From contig JBEKXL010000009.1 in the NCBI GenBank assembly GCA_049512075.1, positions 27,967 to 91,966 on the forward strand: DNA of 64,000 nt, in the 5' to 3' direction. The notes under the pieces were generated by a model, which did no database searches, had not been told where the DNA came from, and saw only the letters and a list, made by a program, of their open reading frames with translations. Positions 48,506 to 59,803 of the stretch are shown here, piece after piece. Position 1 is the stretch's first letter; every line of letters begins with the position of its first letter. Source of the DNA: Candidatus Bathyarchaeia archaeon. Its GTDB lineage: Archaea > Thermoproteota > Bathyarchaeia > Bathyarchaeales > Bathycorpusculaceae. The position numbers were made by a program, and so were the translations under genes.

Positions 48506-50692
48506 TTAGTTTCTATTCTCAGTTATGATAGAATGTCTTCTTTTGGTCATGATTGCAAACAGCGTTACTATCATGAATAGTGGCCAAATGAGATTTTGTG
48601 AAAATTCTGGAACAGCTTGAATGTCCACTTTGCCTCCGGTGCATATTTGTGATTCGGTGCTTCCTGCTGTGATGTATTCGAGGCGAAAGTTTGGAAAACT
48701 AGTGACATAAGCTCCTGCTGGGCTTGAAACATTGAGAGTGTTTGATACTAGCGACACTGTCAAAGGGTTCGACCAGTTGATGCTGGCTATTTTGCAGCCC
48801 CCTGCGCAGTTGAAATCGTGTAAAACGATGTCGAGGTAACTATTGTTGTATTCAACGATTTGGATTGAGAGACTAGTGTTTGAAACTAGGTTCGAATAGA
48901 ATCCCTGTTCGACTCGGGGGTTATCCGATTTCTGCCATTGAATGGTGTTGTTCATGGTGGCAGTCCAATTGCCAAGCAACGGAATCGCCGTGAGATTTGT
49001 TTCTACAGATGTCTGGTTATAATTCGTGGTAGGAAATGAAATGTCAAGTGATTTTTTTGTGCCGTTTACTGATTCTTGTGAGTGCGCGATCTGTTCTATC
49101 AGTGCGTTATCATCTGCGAGGAGAGTGAATGCTGTAGTTTCGCCGTTTGCAGTTCCGACTGGTTCGCCAGAAATATCGTCAACTGCTGTGATTCCGCCGA
49201 CTTCGGATCCGCTGGATTTTTGAGCGTTCCAGAGTTGTTTTTCTATTCCGGTTAGGTTTACGCTTAAGTTCAAGACTTTCGCTCCGAAAACGAGCAGTGC
49301 AAGCTTCATGTTGTCATATTGACCCGTATTGTTGAAGTGGGCATCCCTCACTCCTGTTCCGTCAAACATGTTGTAAGCCTCCATGTACAACCCTTTGCAC
49401 CAGTCAAACGGATATCCCTGAACGTAATAGTTCACGGCTTCGTAGACTAATGCGTCCCCGCATGTTGTATAGTCAAGATATGTGGTAAAATTGATCGTGC
49501 CGTTGTACAGGTTCAAAGCTATGACGTGGTCTGAGGTGTTTTCCAGGACGCAAGTGTTGGGGGTGTGAAGTGTTAGAGGGATAGGCATCCCCTGCATTAT
49601 CTGGTATGGATAGTAGGAACCGTTGTAAAACGTGCGACAGGTTGGTTAATCTGTTCTGAAAGTGTCAAATTGTAACTCGTTAAGGCTTATCGATTCCAGG
49701 TAATTGTCGCTTGCTATCCAGTAGGTTTCATTCGTGTAACGCAGGTATACTGTTCCATTCGAAGCGGTGATGTTGTGAAGTTCTCCGACCAAGGTTTCTT
49801 CACACAATCCTACTGAAGGATTGTATAGTCTCTCTAAGAAATCTGCAGCCTGCCCGAGCCCTTCGCTGAACGAAAAGTTTGATAAATCTCCACTATACGG
49901 AACCGCCTCACACGCTATTCCGCGCGCTCGCAAATATCCTCCTCCCCAGGCGTCTATGAGAATAATCAAGCTGTCGTCCACACAATTAGATGGATCAGTG
50001 CGGCTACCTTGCCAACTAAACGCTGCGCTTTGTGTCAGATATTTGTCTGGATACTGAGAACTATAGTTTACGTAAGATACAACTTCTCCTTTGATTCGGG
50101 CAACTCTTTTAGTTGTGTCGTAGTACCATTCTATGCTTTGCCCATCATAAGGAGACGTGAAATTGATTCTATACGTGGGGGTTGATGCATACATTGACTT
50201 AAACCAAGTGACAAGTCCTTCGTAAGTCCATAAGTCGTTGGGATAGGTTGAATTTAAGGCAGTTATCCACTCTTTTACAGCGTCAAGGTCACCCGCAGAT
50301 TCTGTCGTAGACCATTCAAACTGGAAATTAACAAACCCGAATGGCTGAGAACCCGCAAAGGTGTGGGATATCATCGACATGAAATAGTTTTTTGCAGTAG
50401 AAGTGCTATTACCGTAAATTTTCTTGATTAAATTAAGTGGGTGCAACTGCAAGTTCTGACCTGCTAACGGTTGTGATGTAAAACTAGACACCCAGTCCCA
50501 CGTACTATGTGGAAGAACTACCATGCCTTCACCTGTGCTGCTCGGGACCAAAATGTTGGCAGAACTAGCATAATAGGGCATTTGCCAGCCTCCGCGCTCT
50601 GACATGTAATCTACGGCATATTGGTCAAAGCAGTATCCCTGATAATATTCTACACCTTTTGTTAACAGATTTAATGAATGTTTAACATGCAT
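48506..50692 (-). pseudogene. Broken extracellular protein with PEF-CTERM anchor, in two frames and truncated at the 5' end
   Basis: AVPEF + TM + KRR at the C-terminus; 49646-50692 and 48506-49597 abut in different frames; no signal peptide remains. Confidence 0.65.
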
Positions 50693-50756
50693 TAAATTAA
50701 ACTTTGATTAAGCTAGCAGCGCTGAAAGAGTTATTTCTAGACTGAAAGAAGAGTTT

Positions 50757-51062
50757 ATGGAAGACAACAATTCTAGCTCTTGGTCTCGGTTCTGCATAGT
50801 AGAAAATTGCCTATGGAAAAGCAAAAATCTCAGAACCGTGACTGCACTCAAGAGTCACTTTGATACTAGATGTCCAAAATGTTTATACCTTATGTCTTTG
50901 CCTATCCTCTCTTCAATGGTGCAATTGTCAAAAACTCATGAAAAAGATGGTCCTCCAACTGGTTTGAGTGGAGACCCAGAATATGAAACCACATGTCCTT
51001 CATGCCACACAACATGGCATGCTGTGCAGATTCAAGATTTCATGTCTTTGATGCTTTGCTAG
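50757..51062 (+). CDS. Small Zn-ribbon protein
   Basis: CPKC...CPSC. Confidence 0.45.
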   Translation: MEDNNSSSWSRFCIVENCLWKSKNLRTVTALKSHFDTRCPKCLYLMSLPILSSMVQLSKTHEKDGPPTGLSGDPEYETTCPSCHTTWHAVQIQDFMSLMLC

Positions 51063-51131
51063 TGCCTTTCGAACGGCATTTGAAAGAAAAAGGGATTTAT
51101 CCCTTGTTTTACATTTTAAGAAGAGGATTCA

Positions 51132-52046
51132 ATGAGCAAAGCTAAAAGTTACTTTGGAAAAGCTTTCTATCATATTTTCAAGTACTTTGTATGTCCTTTC
51201 TTGACCATTCTAGGTGTCATGTTTCTTCTTTTGGTTTCTCTTAATTTCCTTTCAGAAAATCCCGCTAACACCGACTATTTGTTTCTTGTTGAATTAAGTT
51301 CGATTCTTTCGCTCTTGGTCGCAATACCGCTTTTTCTAATAGAGAGTATGACCTTACTTCCACCTGCCTTAAGAAGAAATGAAAGAATAAATCTTCTTTT
51401 TGAACAGCATTTTCCTAGGATAGGGCGAATTTCGATTAAAACGAGAATTGAACTGAAACCCTATTTGCTTGCACTCGCCTTAAGTTCGTTTTCCATATTT
51501 ATCGCTGTTATGATTAAAGCTAACCAGACAAATACTTCTCTTAAGTTCCCTTCGTTGGATTTCTGGATATTCTTTGTCTCTTACATGGGTTTACCCTTAT
51601 TTTTTGTCACATATTTGAGGCTCTACAATAAAGAAGAAAAAGCCATATTTCTTCTTGACAGATTCTTCCGAAGAATTGATTTTTGTCTGAACGAACCTAG
51701 AAGTGGACTGAGTGCCGTTGATTTTGAAAATGCATTGAAGTCGTATCAGAAAACTCTACCTTCTTTCTATTCTCTAAATAATCTGAAAGAAAGAGTAAGA
51801 CAGGTACAGTTGATTCTTGACAGGGGGACAAGAGATGAAATTACAAAAATGCAATACCTTGTGTTTTCTCTGTCTAGTTCGATAAAGATGCACGATGCCC
51901 CCTCCTTCGACAATCATTTCCAAGAATTGTGCCAATTTTTGGAACAGAAAGAAAATGAAGAAAGGAACGTACTCACAATCAGTCAGTCAAACAAAGATAG
52001 GTTGCTGATTCAGGAGCTGCCGCGGCTTGGTCAGGAGTTGACCTAA
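51132..52046 (+). CDS. AT-rich 4-TM membrane protein, C-terminus possibly truncated
   Basis: Four hydrophobic helices; abrupt compositional switch near 52000. Confidence 0.65.
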   Translation: MSKAKSYFGKAFYHIFKYFVCPFLTILGVMFLLLVSLNFLSENPANTDYLFLVELSSILSLLVAIPLFLIESMTLLPPALRRNERINLLFEQHFPRIGRISIKTRIELKPYLLALALSSFSIFIAVMIKANQTNTSLKFPSLDFWIFFVSYMGLPLFFVTYLRLYNKEEKAIFLLDRFFRRIDFCLNEPRSGLSAVDFENALKSYQKTLPSFYSLNNLKERVRQVQLILDRGTRDEITKMQYLVFSLSSSIKMHDAPSFDNHFQELCQFLEQKENEERNVLTISQSNKDRLLIQELPRLGQELT

Positions 52047-52216
52047 CTTCCCATTGTGCCGCTTTGCCAAGTGTGCATGAGAAGGTGGAAGAGCAGTTTC
52101 TCCATCGGCCTTTTTGGACATTGAATATGGTTCACCTCTCTACGTAATCTCTGAAAATCTTCAGGTTACTCAAACGCGCGCGCTAAACCATTGCTCATAA
52201 ATGGAAAAATCGACGG

Positions 52217-53068
52217 TTAATGGCTAATTCCTGCTAGTAAACCAATTACCATAGAGTATGATTTTACGCATAAGAGAACTGCACATCCGATAACTACGGA
52301 AGGAGAATTCCGAGAGTTCTTTAAAACCTTTTGGAAAGTTAACAATGCATATTCAGGTATCGCTGGAAAAATCTGCTGTTTAGTTTGCTGTACAAAGACA
52401 GGCATGGACTTTCCATAACGAAGATTTTTGATCAAGGCATCTCTGATAGACGTAAGCTCATAATGGTAAATTTTGGATTTACATTCGGCTTCTCTAACAT
52501 TTGCTTTCTTTAGTTTTCTGTAAAGGTCATAATCTTCTCCCCAAAGCAGGGAATTATCAAGCATCCCTACATGAGTTATTTCTTCTTTGATAAAAAAGCG
52601 TGGCTCGTTATGGATTATGTCTCTTCTATCTCCATATAGTCGCGCAACCTCTTCGAAACAGTTTTTCCATGCAGCAGAACAAGAGCTCCAGAAACCTTTT
52701 CCAATGAAAACTTCGGGAATTACTACCATCCCAATCTTTTCATTCTTGCATCTTTCAACACACTCTTTAACAACTGTCGGCGACAGAACCTGATCGGAAT
52801 CTAGAAAAAGCACGTATTTGCCAGCTGAATTATCTACCCCGATATTTCTAGCCTGAGCCGGATTACATTTTTGCTGTATTGTTTTAGCACCAAGGTTCTT
52901 CGCCATTTCTAAAGTGTTATCGTTACTGAAATTATCAACAACTATGACCTCATATAAAGGATAGTCTTGACCCTGAATACTCCTAAGACATTCTTCAATG
53001 GTTTCTCCAGAGTTGTTAGTGGGTATTATTATTGATACACGCGACTTTTCCAAACTCTCCTCCATCAA
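52217..53068 (-). CDS. GT2 glycosyltransferase
   Basis: VSIIIPT, EVIVVDNFSND, ARNIG, LFLDSD, GEDYDL. Confidence 0.92.
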   Translation of the reverse strand: MMEESLEKSRVSIIIPTNNSGETIEECLRSIQGQDYPLYEVIVVDNFSNDNTLEMAKNLGAKTIQQKCNPAQARNIGVDNSAGKYVLFLDSDQVLSPTVVKECVERCKNEKIGMVVIPEVFIGKGFWSSCSAAWKNCFEEVARLYGDRRDIIHNEPRFFIKEEITHVGMLDNSLLWGEDYDLYRKLKKANVREAECKSKIYHYELTSIRDALIKNLRYGKSMPVFVQQTKQQIFPAIPEYALLTFQKVLKNSRNSPSVVIGCAVLLCVKSYSMVIGLLAGISH

Positions 53069-53069
53069 T

Positions 53070-55598
53070 TTACCCCAAAGGTGTAGAAGTGATCGTAATA
53101 TTGCCTACGTAAGCAACGTTCGGAATGCCATCAAAATCCAAGTTCACAAGTTCCAAGATCAAGGTGCTAGGCAAGGATGAATCGAACATTTGACGCCAGC
53201 ACGCGCTTAAACTGTAAGGACCAAAGGCGCCTTCTGAACTACCCAATGGAATGGTATTCGTGTAATTCTCATATACACTGTTTGGAGTCGCAATTATCAT
53301 AGACTGGTTACGGTAAACATTGGATACAAAGACTGCAAAAGTGTCTTTGCCATGAAAGCCCTCAGTTGCGTTTAAATAGAAAGAAAGGGTGACATCTGAA
53401 TTGTTTTGCACATAAATTTCTCTAGAAACATACTGCCCATACATCCATTCCAATGGGTCAGGTATGACTTGAGCTGTTATTTTCAAGCATCTCCCTGAAT
53501 TGCCTCCGGAGTTAGTTGCTATCGTAACGTTTGACACCCCATTGCCAAAAGCGTAACTTTGCCATCCATCATCGTACCAATCTGCATGTTCGAAATTATC
53601 TTGAAAAACAATGTTTGAATTCGTATAATTGAATTGGAAGAGGTAAGCATCACTAAAGTTTTTCACTAACTCAAAGTTTGGATTGCCAAGAAACAGTTCA
53701 GGATTCCACTGATGTTCTGAATTATCAAAGGGGCTAACTCCTGATCCCACGTAAATGTCTGTTATGTTGAAGTGTTTCATCAAATCCATAGCCGTTACAT
53801 TTAGACTGTTTTGCTCCAGTAAGGTTTGAAGCTCTTGGTAGGAGACAGAATAAGAACTAGCAAAATCAGGATAGATAACCTTGCGATTTGCAAGGCTTGG
53901 TATGAAAGTTCCGCTCTGATAGTTATTGACCAATATTGTAGCGTTTTTAGCTAGATTTTCTTTAATCCACATCATTAACTGAAGATCTTGCTCTGTTGTC
54001 GCAGCAAAAACAGCGTAACTGCCATGGATCCCTCCGACGTCAAGAACTATGCTTTGATACAAGAAAGGAGAATAGATTCCAACGAGCAACATAACTGAAA
54101 TTGCAGAAACTAGAAGTTTCCTTGACTTAAGTTTGGTCTCATCTGTCTTTGCTAGAATTTTTCTGGATAAATAGGAAGAGAAAAGGTAGAACAAGTAAAA
54201 ATTAGCGGCCGCAATGAAGAAATAAAGAAGAAAATACAGGAACAATGGATTGCTGTAAAATGGCAAATTTACGTAGTCAATTGCGGCAAGGAGAAAAATG
54301 AGTGACTCTCCTAGAAACGAGGCTATTCCTAACTTGATAAGCCAACTTGCCCCACTGAAAGATTTATCCTTTCGAAAATGTACCGCAAGTAAAACGCTCA
54401 CAAAAAATAGAGCGAGTGAAGCGATTGTTAGCAACATATTGCTGCCAGCCAAATTATCAAAAAGCCATACGGCGTTAGTCTGGAAAATAGAAAGGGTGGG
54501 ATGAGCAAGCGGAATCTGTATGTCAAGCGCAACCCCTACGTTATGATCAGGAGACTGATACCAAATTAATGTCCTGTAGAGAAATGGGCTCAGAACTAGA
54601 AGGCTTAGACCAAAAATCAATGCAAGACTTAACAATCTGCCCCATGCACCCTCACGCCTTTTTATTGCGGTATACAGCCACACCACGAACAAAGTGCCAA
54701 TTAACATTTCATAAACCTCAAGATGTAAGACCGCCAAATAGCCAAAAAGAAAACCAATCGCCAAGATTGTCCCTACGTTCAATTTTTCCTTTGTTAAAAA
54801 TGGGAAAAGACTTAAACAGACAAAAAACAACGGAAAACTAGCAATCATCGCGTTGCTTCCCCACGTAAGATATTTCGGCCAAAAGGCCACAAAAGCAAAC
54901 ACGAACGCCAAACTTAAGCCCACGTATCCCTTCCTAGACAACGATAATGTCTTGCCCAGGAAATAGACGCCTAGTATCGTAAAGGCATTAAAAAAGGCCG
55001 TTAAGTAAAAAACAGCCTCAGGAGGAGAATAATTTGAGATCAACACAGAGTAGGCAACCATCGGAGTAAAACCTTGCGGATAAACGATCCCCTCACTCAA
55101 ATAAGGCTGCAAAGTCATTGGTACTTGTTTATTCTTCAGAAGAACCTGAACAAAAAGCGAGTGCATGGAAGTATCACGGATGCTTCCGAAAATAAGACCG
55201 TTAAGCGCCAAAGTTTGTACAACAAGACCAAACAAGAAAATCAATACAATCAGCAGCAAGGGTTCAGAGAACAGATGGTTTCTGAACGAAAACCTCTTAA
55301 GATTTAACCGTAGGTTTCGGGCAACACTCCTGAGTCCTTCTCTATAAAACCATAAGACAATCAGAGTTGACACTAAGGTGATTGCATACAACACATATGC
55401 GGAAAAAAGATGTAAAGGAATAATAGCGATAATATACAACAAAAAACCGCCGAGATAAACATCGAGTACCAATATCTGCAGAACATCTAAATTCTTAAAG
55501 ACATCAACGAATTTTCGAAGGCCAAGTCTCCACGGTTCACCTAATATAAAGAAACAGAACATAAAGAACAAAAGCTGAAGAATCACTTCAACGAGCAT
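53070..55598 (-). CDS. Multi-pass membrane protein, GT-C-like (DUF6541-type)
   Basis: Many TM helices, DTSMH..YPQGF..WG pattern, extracellular C-terminal domain. Confidence 0.7.
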   Translation of the reverse strand: MLVEVILQLLFFMFCFFILGEPWRLGLRKFVDVFKNLDVLQILVLDVYLGGFLLYIIAIIPLHLFSAYVLYAITLVSTLIVLWFYREGLRSVARNLRLNLKRFSFRNHLFSEPLLLIVLIFLFGLVVQTLALNGLIFGSIRDTSMHSLFVQVLLKNKQVPMTLQPYLSEGIVYPQGFTPMVAYSVLISNYSPPEAVFYLTAFFNAFTILGVYFLGKTLSLSRKGYVGLSLAFVFAFVAFWPKYLTWGSNAMIASFPLFFVCLSLFPFLTKEKLNVGTILAIGFLFGYLAVLHLEVYEMLIGTLFVVWLYTAIKRREGAWGRLLSLALIFGLSLLVLSPFLYRTLIWYQSPDHNVGVALDIQIPLAHPTLSIFQTNAVWLFDNLAGSNMLLTIASLALFFVSVLLAVHFRKDKSFSGASWLIKLGIASFLGESLIFLLAAIDYVNLPFYSNPLFLYFLLYFFIAAANFYLFYLFSSYLSRKILAKTDETKLKSRKLLVSAISVMLLVGIYSPFLYQSIVLDVGGIHGSYAVFAATTEQDLQLMMWIKENLAKNATILVNNYQSGTFIPSLANRKVIYPDFASSYSVSYQELQTLLEQNSLNVTAMDLMKHFNITDIYVGSGVSPFDNSEHQWNPELFLGNPNFELVKNFSDAYLFQFNYTNSNIVFQDNFEHADWYDDGWQSYAFGNGVSNVTIATNSGGNSGRCLKITAQVIPDPLEWMYGQYVSREIYVQNNSDVTLSFYLNATEGFHGKDTFAVFVSNVYRNQSMIIATPNSVYENYTNTIPLGSSEGAFGPYSLSACWRQMFDSSLPSTLILELVNLDFDGIPNVAYVGNITITSTPLG

Positions 55599-55728
55599 TG
55601 AAACTTAGTTCTCCACAACACACACGTTATAAAAATGACTTATCTATAACCTTTTTCCTTAATAACAGAGGGGTGCGTAATAAACGTATAGCACGTATAA
55701 CAGAATCCGAGCATACTTATTCAGGCTT

Positions 55729-56358
55729 ATGAACGCAAGAGTCGGGACTGAAATTGAAAGGATGAAATATTTTTCCTCGTTCATCTCCAATTATGACTCT
55801 AGTTTTCTTCTCGATTTAGGTTGCGGAAAAGGATTGCTTTTTGATAATATCGTCGGTTCTGACGAATCTGAGCTAGTGGGTGTTGACCTAATAAAGAATC
55901 GCAAAGAGAATTATCATCATGTTGTTGCATCGGCAATAAGGCTACCCTTCAAGAATAATGCTTTTTCTTTGGTGACAGCTTTCAGCATTTTAGAGCATAT
56001 TCCCAAAGCCGAAAGGAAGGTGTTCTATAAAGAAGCGAAGAGAGTGCTAAGAGGCAAAGGAATATTCGCAATTCAATTACCAAACAGATACTTTATCATT
56101 GAAAGCCACACGTACTTTCCCTTTTTTGGTTTCCTTCCCTCTCGTATACATTCATTTGCTTATAGAGGAGGATATGTTGCAGTACCTTCCTTAAAAAATG
56201 TCATTCACTCCTTGAAAGGATCTGGTTTCGAGGTATTTAATGTTAAAAAATATGAGGCCCCATTTTTGCCTTTTGGATATTTTCTCGGTAAAATTGGCCT
56301 TTTTCATCTATTTCCTATGGGATATATCATATGTGCACGATTAGTAAAAGGAGGCTAG
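55729..56358 (+). CDS. Class I SAM-dependent methyltransferase
   Basis: LLDLGCGKG, LPFKNNAF, ILEHI, RVLRGKG, PNRYF.IE.H. Confidence 0.9.
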   Translation: MNARVGTEIERMKYFSSFISNYDSSFLLDLGCGKGLLFDNIVGSDESELVGVDLIKNRKENYHHVVASAIRLPFKNNAFSLVTAFSILEHIPKAERKVFYKEAKRVLRGKGIFAIQLPNRYFIIESHTYFPFFGFLPSRIHSFAYRGGYVAVPSLKNVIHSLKGSGFEVFNVKKYEAPFLPFGYFLGKIGLFHLFPMGYIICARLVKGG

Positions 56359-56812
56359 CGCGCGCGCTTTGGGTTTGGGATGAAACTCTACCCTCCAACC
56401 TTGGCAAGCACGTTCTCATTCAGAACGAGACCTGTGAATAGGTAGTTCCAGTTAATTTTTTGAGACATGAAAGTAGCTCTTGTTAGGAGACACGTATGCG
56501 CTGGCACCATACACCCAGCTGACCGTTGAAATCAGAACAAGCGTAGGTGCAGCCCTGATGATCATGAGAGAGATGCCCGGTAGCTTGCCCCCAGACTCGA
56601 TCGTCGACCTCGGCTGATTAACTGTAATACACGCCCCTCGATTTCTAAACAAGACTGTTATGAAACCAAAATCCATGTCGAAATATGCAGCACCGTTCAG
56701 TCCAAGACACGTTTAATGCGTGAACATGCTGCCTTTCTGTTTCTTGAACTGTTCAGAGAATCTGTCGCTTCTTTGTTCCATTTCGGACTTCTTCCGTTAA
56801 GAACAAACTCGT

Positions 56813-57418
56813 CTAACCCCTCACTTTCTCTCGGACCGAGTTCACGTCTTCGGTCGTTACCTCGTCCGCAACAATCTTCAATTTATGGTTAGCAATAAAA
56901 ACGTCCGGCATATATTGCCCGATCTTCTCATTGAACTTCACCTCACCATTGTTTGACCAGAAGATCGTCGTGATTTTCTTCACGCTCTGCTCATGTACAG
57001 CCTGGCCAGTTCTGGCCTCGCCAAGCTCTTCCAACTGAACCCTGAGCGGGTCACGCTCAAGCTCATCTGACTTCTGTCTCAAACTCTTCATCTCTTCGCG
57101 CATTAATGCGTGATCTTTCTGCTCAAGCAACTTGAATGATGACTCAAGCCGTTCAGTTATGCTGGCCAACTGTCTTGCGGCCTGTCTGTACACGTCAGCA
57201 TCTTTGTCCGCAAGCTCTCTGAACGTATTCGCGGTCGTCTCACTCATCTTCTCGTAGGTCTCTCGTAGTAAATCTATTGCACCTTGGAGCTTCTGGGAGT
57301 ATTCGCCGTAAAGGCTCTCACGTATCTCTCTGGAGTCAGTGTCCTGTTTGTTTCTGATTCCTTCAATTTTCCCCTCAAGACTTTGAAGATATCTCGTCCT
57401 TTCTTCAAGTGTAGCCAA
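56813..57418 (-). pseudogene. Fragment of a coiled-coil protein with a possible PD-(D/E)xK tail
   Basis: Long coiled coil, YMPDVFI..DEV; appears cut at both ends. Confidence 0.45.
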
Positions 57419-57505
57419 CTGTGTTAAGACCTTGGCAGCGTCATCCTTTGGCTGGGAGAGTCTCCAGTGAAATGCTTGCGACGGTAGATGTAAAATGATA
57501 CTCCA

Positions 57506-57814
57506 ATGACTGCAGGCTTTAGTGGAAAAGACACCTTTGCTGCCATTGTCTCAAATCTCTACGGCAACCAAACTTTCGTGTTTACAACTCCAAACGGTAT
57601 TTACGAGAACTACAACAATTCGAGATCTTTGACAGTATCTGAAGGCTTCTTCGAGTTCAAGGGTAACAGCAGCCTGAGCACTCTTTGGCGTCAAGCATAT
57701 GGTTCAGCCCTACCGAATCCTTTCATTCTGGAGTTTGTGAACTGGGATTTTGACGGCAACCAAAACGTTGCTTATCTTGGCAACGTGACGGTTACAACGA
57801 CGCCTACTGGATGA
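57506..57814 (+). pseudogene. Fragment paralogous to the C-terminal domain of 53070-55598
   Basis: GFSGKDTFAAIVSNLYGNQ..TPNGIYENY..LEFVNWDFDG versus GFHGKDTFAVFVSNVYRNQ..TPNSVYENY..LELVNLDFDG. Confidence 0.75.
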
Positions 57815-57909
57815 TTCACGTGTGAGGGTAGGATATGCCTGGAACTAATTCATCAAATTTGTTGGTCAAACCTGCCAGAAGGCTATCAACTGCTATTGAT
57901 TAGCAACTT

Positions 57910-58206
57910 CTACTGTTCTTTGTTCGTCTGTTCGTTTATCTGCTGTTCCATCATGTGCCCGCGGCAATAGACTTGGGCTTTTCTTACGCCGGCGACTTTC
58001 AACGCAGCGTTTTTTATGTCGGTCGCAAGTTTGAAGGCTATTGGACAGAAGGGGCTGGAGGGAACGAATTCAACCTTGAAAACGCCGGGTTCTTCTTCCT
58101 TGACGTTCGTGATCATCTGCATCTCACCAAAGGTCATTCCAGTTTCGGGATCGACCACTTGGCCCACGGCTTCTCGGACCTTATCTTCCAATTCCGTCAA
58201 GTTCAA
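57910..58206 (-). CDS. DUF59 / Fe-S assembly (SufT/PaaD-like) protein
   Basis: VVDPETG, PSSPFCP. Confidence 0.88.
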   Translation of the reverse strand: MNLTELEDKVREAVGQVVDPETGMTFGEMQMITNVKEEEPGVFKVEFVPSSPFCPIAFKLATDIKNAALKVAGVRKAQVYCRGHMMEQQINEQTNKEQ

Positions 58207-58242
58207 GCAACTCTATTAGGGCTCCTTTGTAACAAGGAATGT

Positions 58243-59796
58243 TCACTGTATATAATCGTTGCGCGGATTTCCTGACGTTTCTTCCTTTTTGATGTGCATA
58301 CGCCAACTCAAGGTCATCGTTCTTGGATGCGAGGCTTTAACCTCGTCCAATCGTGAAACGGCAGTGTTGTGCGGTGCCGTCAAAACAAGTTGCGGATTAT
58401 TATATGCTTCCTCGCAGATTCTCCTCAGCGCGTCAACGAATCGGTCAAGTTCTTCCTTCTCGAAAGTTTCCGTGGGTTCGATCATCAATGCTTCATCGAC
58501 AATGAGCGGGAAATAGGTTGTAGGCGCATGCAGACCGAAGTCGAGCAAACGTTTCGCAAGATGCAAGGCTGAGACTCCGGTCTCGTTTTTGAGCGGTTTT
58601 GCACTGATGACGCACTCATGTTTCCGTGGTTTCTTGCCGTCATACGGGACCATCAAGCCCCTAATGTTTTCGAGTTTCTTCATTACGTAGTTCGCGTTCA
58701 GAACTGAGATTTCTGCTGCTTCCTTTAGTCCTTCAAAACCCATGCTCAATATGTAGGTGTAAGCTCTTAACAGAACTGCAACGTTTCCTTGAAAGCTTCG
58801 TATTTTTCCAATGCTGTGCGGCTTGTCATAGTCTAGGCTGTAGCGCTTTCCATCAAAGGCAATGCGCGGCACGGGAAGGAATCGGGTCAAGTCTTTTGAA
58901 ACGCCCACCGGACCTGCGCCAGGTCCGCCTCCACCGTGAGGAGTGCCGAAGGTCTTGTGGATGTTTATGTGAACGATGTCAAAACCCATGTCGCCAGGCC
59001 TTGCTTTGCCCAGGAGAGGGTTAAGATTCGCACCGTCATAGTACAGAAGGCCGCCGACTTCATGAATGATTTTGGCTATTTCTTCGATGTCCTTCTCGAA
59101 GATTCCGAGAGTGTTAGGGTTTGTGAGCATCAGGCCGGCCGTTTTCTCAGACGTAACTGTCTTTAATGCTTCTAGGTCTATGCACCCGTCTGCTGCGGAC
59201 GGGACGATGACAACGTTGAAGCCGGCCATGGCTGCACTCGCCGGGTTGGTTCCATGGGCGGAGTCAGGGACGATTACTTCCGTCCTTTTTCCGCATTGTC
59301 CGTCTTGTTTGAGGCACGCGTGCATCAGCATGGTGCCTAGAAACTCTCCGTGAGCACCGGCAGCCGGGTGTAAACAAACTTCGAACGTGCCTGTTATCTC
59401 GCTGAGCCAACGTTCGAGCTTGTAAAGGATTTCAAGTATGCCCTGCACCGTGCTCTCATCCTGGTACGGGTGAACCATGCTGAGCGTCGGTAGACTTGCG
59501 AGAAGCTCGTTTATCTTGGGGTTGTACTTCATGGTGCAGCTTCCAAGCGGATAGATTCCCGAATCAATTCCGTAGTTCATCTCTGATAATCGTATGAAGT
59601 GGCGTGTGACCTCTACCTCGGAGAGTTCGGGCAGATTGGGTTTCTGCGTGCGCCGCATGTTTTCGGGGAGGAGACCGTTCAAGCTGCCAACGGCCCTGCG
59701 GACTTCATCTTCAGCTTCTGGCATAGAATGTCCGATTCGTCCCTTTTTTCCAAGCTTGAAGATTATTGGCTCGTCCCAAGTTGCCTGTTTGTACAT
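58243..59796 (-). CDS. gcvPB: Glycine dehydrogenase (decarboxylating) subunit 2
   Basis: YPLGSCTMKYNP, SAHGTNPASA, HKTFGTPHGGGGPG. Confidence 0.97.
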   Translation of the reverse strand: MYKQATWDEPIIFKLGKKGRIGHSMPEAEDEVRRAVGSLNGLLPENMRRTQKPNLPELSEVEVTRHFIRLSEMNYGIDSGIYPLGSCTMKYNPKINELLASLPTLSMVHPYQDESTVQGILEILYKLERWLSEITGTFEVCLHPAAGAHGEFLGTMLMHACLKQDGQCGKRTEVIVPDSAHGTNPASAAMAGFNVVIVPSAADGCIDLEALKTVTSEKTAGLMLTNPNTLGIFEKDIEEIAKIIHEVGGLLYYDGANLNPLLGKARPGDMGFDIVHINIHKTFGTPHGGGGPGAGPVGVSKDLTRFLPVPRIAFDGKRYSLDYDKPHSIGKIRSFQGNVAVLLRAYTYILSMGFEGLKEAAEISVLNANYVMKKLENIRGLMVPYDGKKPRKHECVISAKPLKNETGVSALHLAKRLLDFGLHAPTTYFPLIVDEALMIEPTETFEKEELDRFVDALRRICEEAYNNPQLVLTAPHNTAVSRLDEVKASHPRTMTLSWRMHIKKEETSGNPRNDYIQ

Positions 59797-59803
59797 CGTG
59801 TTC

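Noticed and set aside
53070-57814. Paralogous segments as a DGR template/variable repeat pair
   Set aside because: Differences are spread over all bases and include indels, and there is no reverse transcriptase in the window.
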